Positions 62,577 through 64,000 of a stretch of DNA of 64,000 nt are shown one piece after another. Location of the stretch: the NCBI GenBank assembly GCA_013115145.1, contig JAAPAO010000021.1, forward strand, positions 68,291-132,290, written 5' to 3'. The stretch's first letter is position 1; the number at the start of each line of letters is the position of its first letter. The stretch is from Perkinsus chesapeaki ATCC PRA-425. Its lineage: Eukaryota; Protista; Perkinsozoa. A model generated the notes under the pieces. That model was not told the origin of the DNA and did no database searches. It saw only the letters and a list, made by a program, of their open reading frames with translations. A program made the position numbers and the translations under genes.

Positions 62577-63596
62577 TTAGAGAGCCTTATAACCGTGTTG
62601 GTCCTCTTCAATCGGCTCTATCCTGGCCCAAGGTATCCTAGGATCCTCCGACAGGTCCCATGGTACGACCCCACCCGGCACGACCATCTGCAGCCGAGGC
62701 ATTGCCCTTGAGACAGGCCTAGTGCCACACTCAACGTCCTCGAGTAACGGAGGGACATGGACGTTTCTAGTGCTGACAGTACTGGACTCTGAGGTGGCAT
62801 TATCGTCCTCGGACTCGGGGAAGGCATCGGCCTCCCAGAACAGATAAAATCTAGAATTGAGAACCACCGCTGGTACCGTGAGACCGAAGTGGTAAAGACG
62901 CCATATTATAACAGTAAGGCCAACGCCGTAGAGGACGTCTAAGGTATAGTGGAAATGGGTACAGATGATAACAAGCATTGCAGCAACACTTAGAGCACAG
63001 CCGAAGGCACGCTCTTGAAGAGTTGGGGCATAATCTATCCAGAACATCATACTCAATGTTATAGGGATGGAGTGGCCAGAATAGAACACATCAGCACAGG
63101 TGTGAGAGATACCGAACGGCATTAACATGACCGACCAGAAGGGGCTACCTTCAATAAGGCGAGGGATGCACCTCATGTCTGGGCTGGGCAACATCGTTAT
63201 AGGCACCGATATGGCTCGGCCAAGATATGCCACGGAGCTTAGAAGGAGTACTCGTTTCAATACTATGTACGGGTGGCCTGGCCTGGGACCGATGAAGGCT
63301 CTTATGACCGCTAGTAACATGACAATGTTCATAGATACATCTGCCAGACTGAAACCGAACATGTCGTTAGGAAAATAAGGTAGAAGTTGGAATCCCAGGT
63401 CAGGCAGGACTACTGGGTCCTTTACGAAGCCTGTGGAGGGGTCACGAGGCCACACCCTGCCGGCTCGGTATTCGGCCCAGACGTTCACTACAGAATTCAA
63501 CATCATACCAGCCACCCATACCGCGATAGCGGGGTAAATCCGATGGGTAGGAGAAGAAGGCAACTTTAAGAGGTTGGATACTAAAAACTGAAGCAT
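62577..63596 (-). CDS. Sphingolipid synthase-family protein, copy 3
   Basis: LPDLGF, HTCADVFYSGHS and THFHYTLDV. Confidence 0.9.
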   Translation of the reverse strand: MLQFLVSNLLKLPSSPTHRIYPAIAVWVAGMMLNSVVNVWAEYRAGRVWPRDPSTGFVKDPVVLPDLGFQLLPYFPNDMFGFSLADVSMNIVMLLAVIRAFIGPRPGHPYIVLKRVLLLSSVAYLGRAISVPITMLPSPDMRCIPRLIEGSPFWSVMLMPFGISHTCADVFYSGHSIPITLSMMFWIDYAPTLQERAFGCALSVAAMLVIICTHFHYTLDVLYGVGLTVIIWRLYHFGLTVPAVVLNSRFYLFWEADAFPESEDDNATSESSTVSTRNVHVPPLLEDVECGTRPVSRAMPRLQMVVPGGVVPWDLSEDPRIPWARIEPIEEDQHGYKAL

Positions 63597-63660
63597 TATT
63601 GTATGTGCTGGGAATGAAAGTTCAAGTGGAAGCGCACTAGGAATGATATCTATAGGTTAC

Positions 63661-63726
63661 GGCCACTCAAATTTCAGACGGCCAAGCGGAGCAGTCCCGG
63701 GTTCGAACCGCGGTTAAGGCATTTTT
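63661..63726 (+). other. tRNA-like 3' half with B-box and oligo-T
   Basis: CCGGG-TTCGAAC-CGCGG (4/5 bp T-stem), then TTAAGGC-A-TTTTT; no matching 5' acceptor or D-arm seen upstream. Confidence 0.3.
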
Positions 63727-63760
63727 CGTTTCGGGCACCCTTCTGGGGCACAAACAGGCG

Positions 63761-63970
63761 CTGTCACTATAATTCCATGGAAATGTCACTAAATAAGAGG
63801 GGATAACCAGACCCTGTCACTATTTTGCACGCGCGCCCGACTAATCGATTCCCTTGCATAATGCAAGGTAAAGTTTACCCGAAATGCAAGTTGCATTTCC
63901 CACACACCTACCGTTGGTGCTCGTCCTAAGCACTTCGTTTGAATCTAAGGGTATGCCATACCCGGTATGG
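63761..63970. other. Non-coding module of direct repeats (TGTCACTA x3) and five perfect odd-length palindromes
   Basis: Palindromes at 63852-63868, 63867-63879, 63881-63899, 63949-63963 and 63956-63970; TGTCACTA at 63762, 63784 and 63815. Confidence 0.8.
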
Positions 63971-64000
63971 AGTTATGCCGTCCACTAATATAGTATCCTT

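Overview
Gene-dense eukaryotic DNA at roughly 50% GC, with many short (about 40-60 nt) GT-AG introns. Gene style and content suggest an alveolate, most likely Perkinsus; this is inference and no search was run. About 27 genes can be supported. Recognisable ones are a LicD-family transferase, two tandem P-protein (OCA2/ArsB-type) permeases, tRNA-Thr(CGT), LST8, SDA1, a 2OG-Fe(II) oxygenase, a Cys/Met PLP enzyme, two tandem DCAF8-like WD40 genes, a syntaxin, TMEM147, CFAP58, DUS2, an EF-hand/WD40 protein and three tandem sphingolipid synthases. The most striking signal is in two unrelated tandem gene pairs. Each pair is otherwise well diverged but shares one 220-250 bp (near-)identical tract, and those tracts are strongly AT-shifted (26-32% GC, almost no G/C at synonymous third positions, CpG-poor). 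This suggests gene conversion coupled to a repeat-triggered C-to-T process (RIP-like or methylation-deamination). Other leads are a pair of signal peptide + bipartite NLS genes, a (CG)n motif confined to 5' intergenic regions, and a dense palindrome/direct-repeat module at the right edge. Boundaries of multi-exon genes were read by hand and are approximate.
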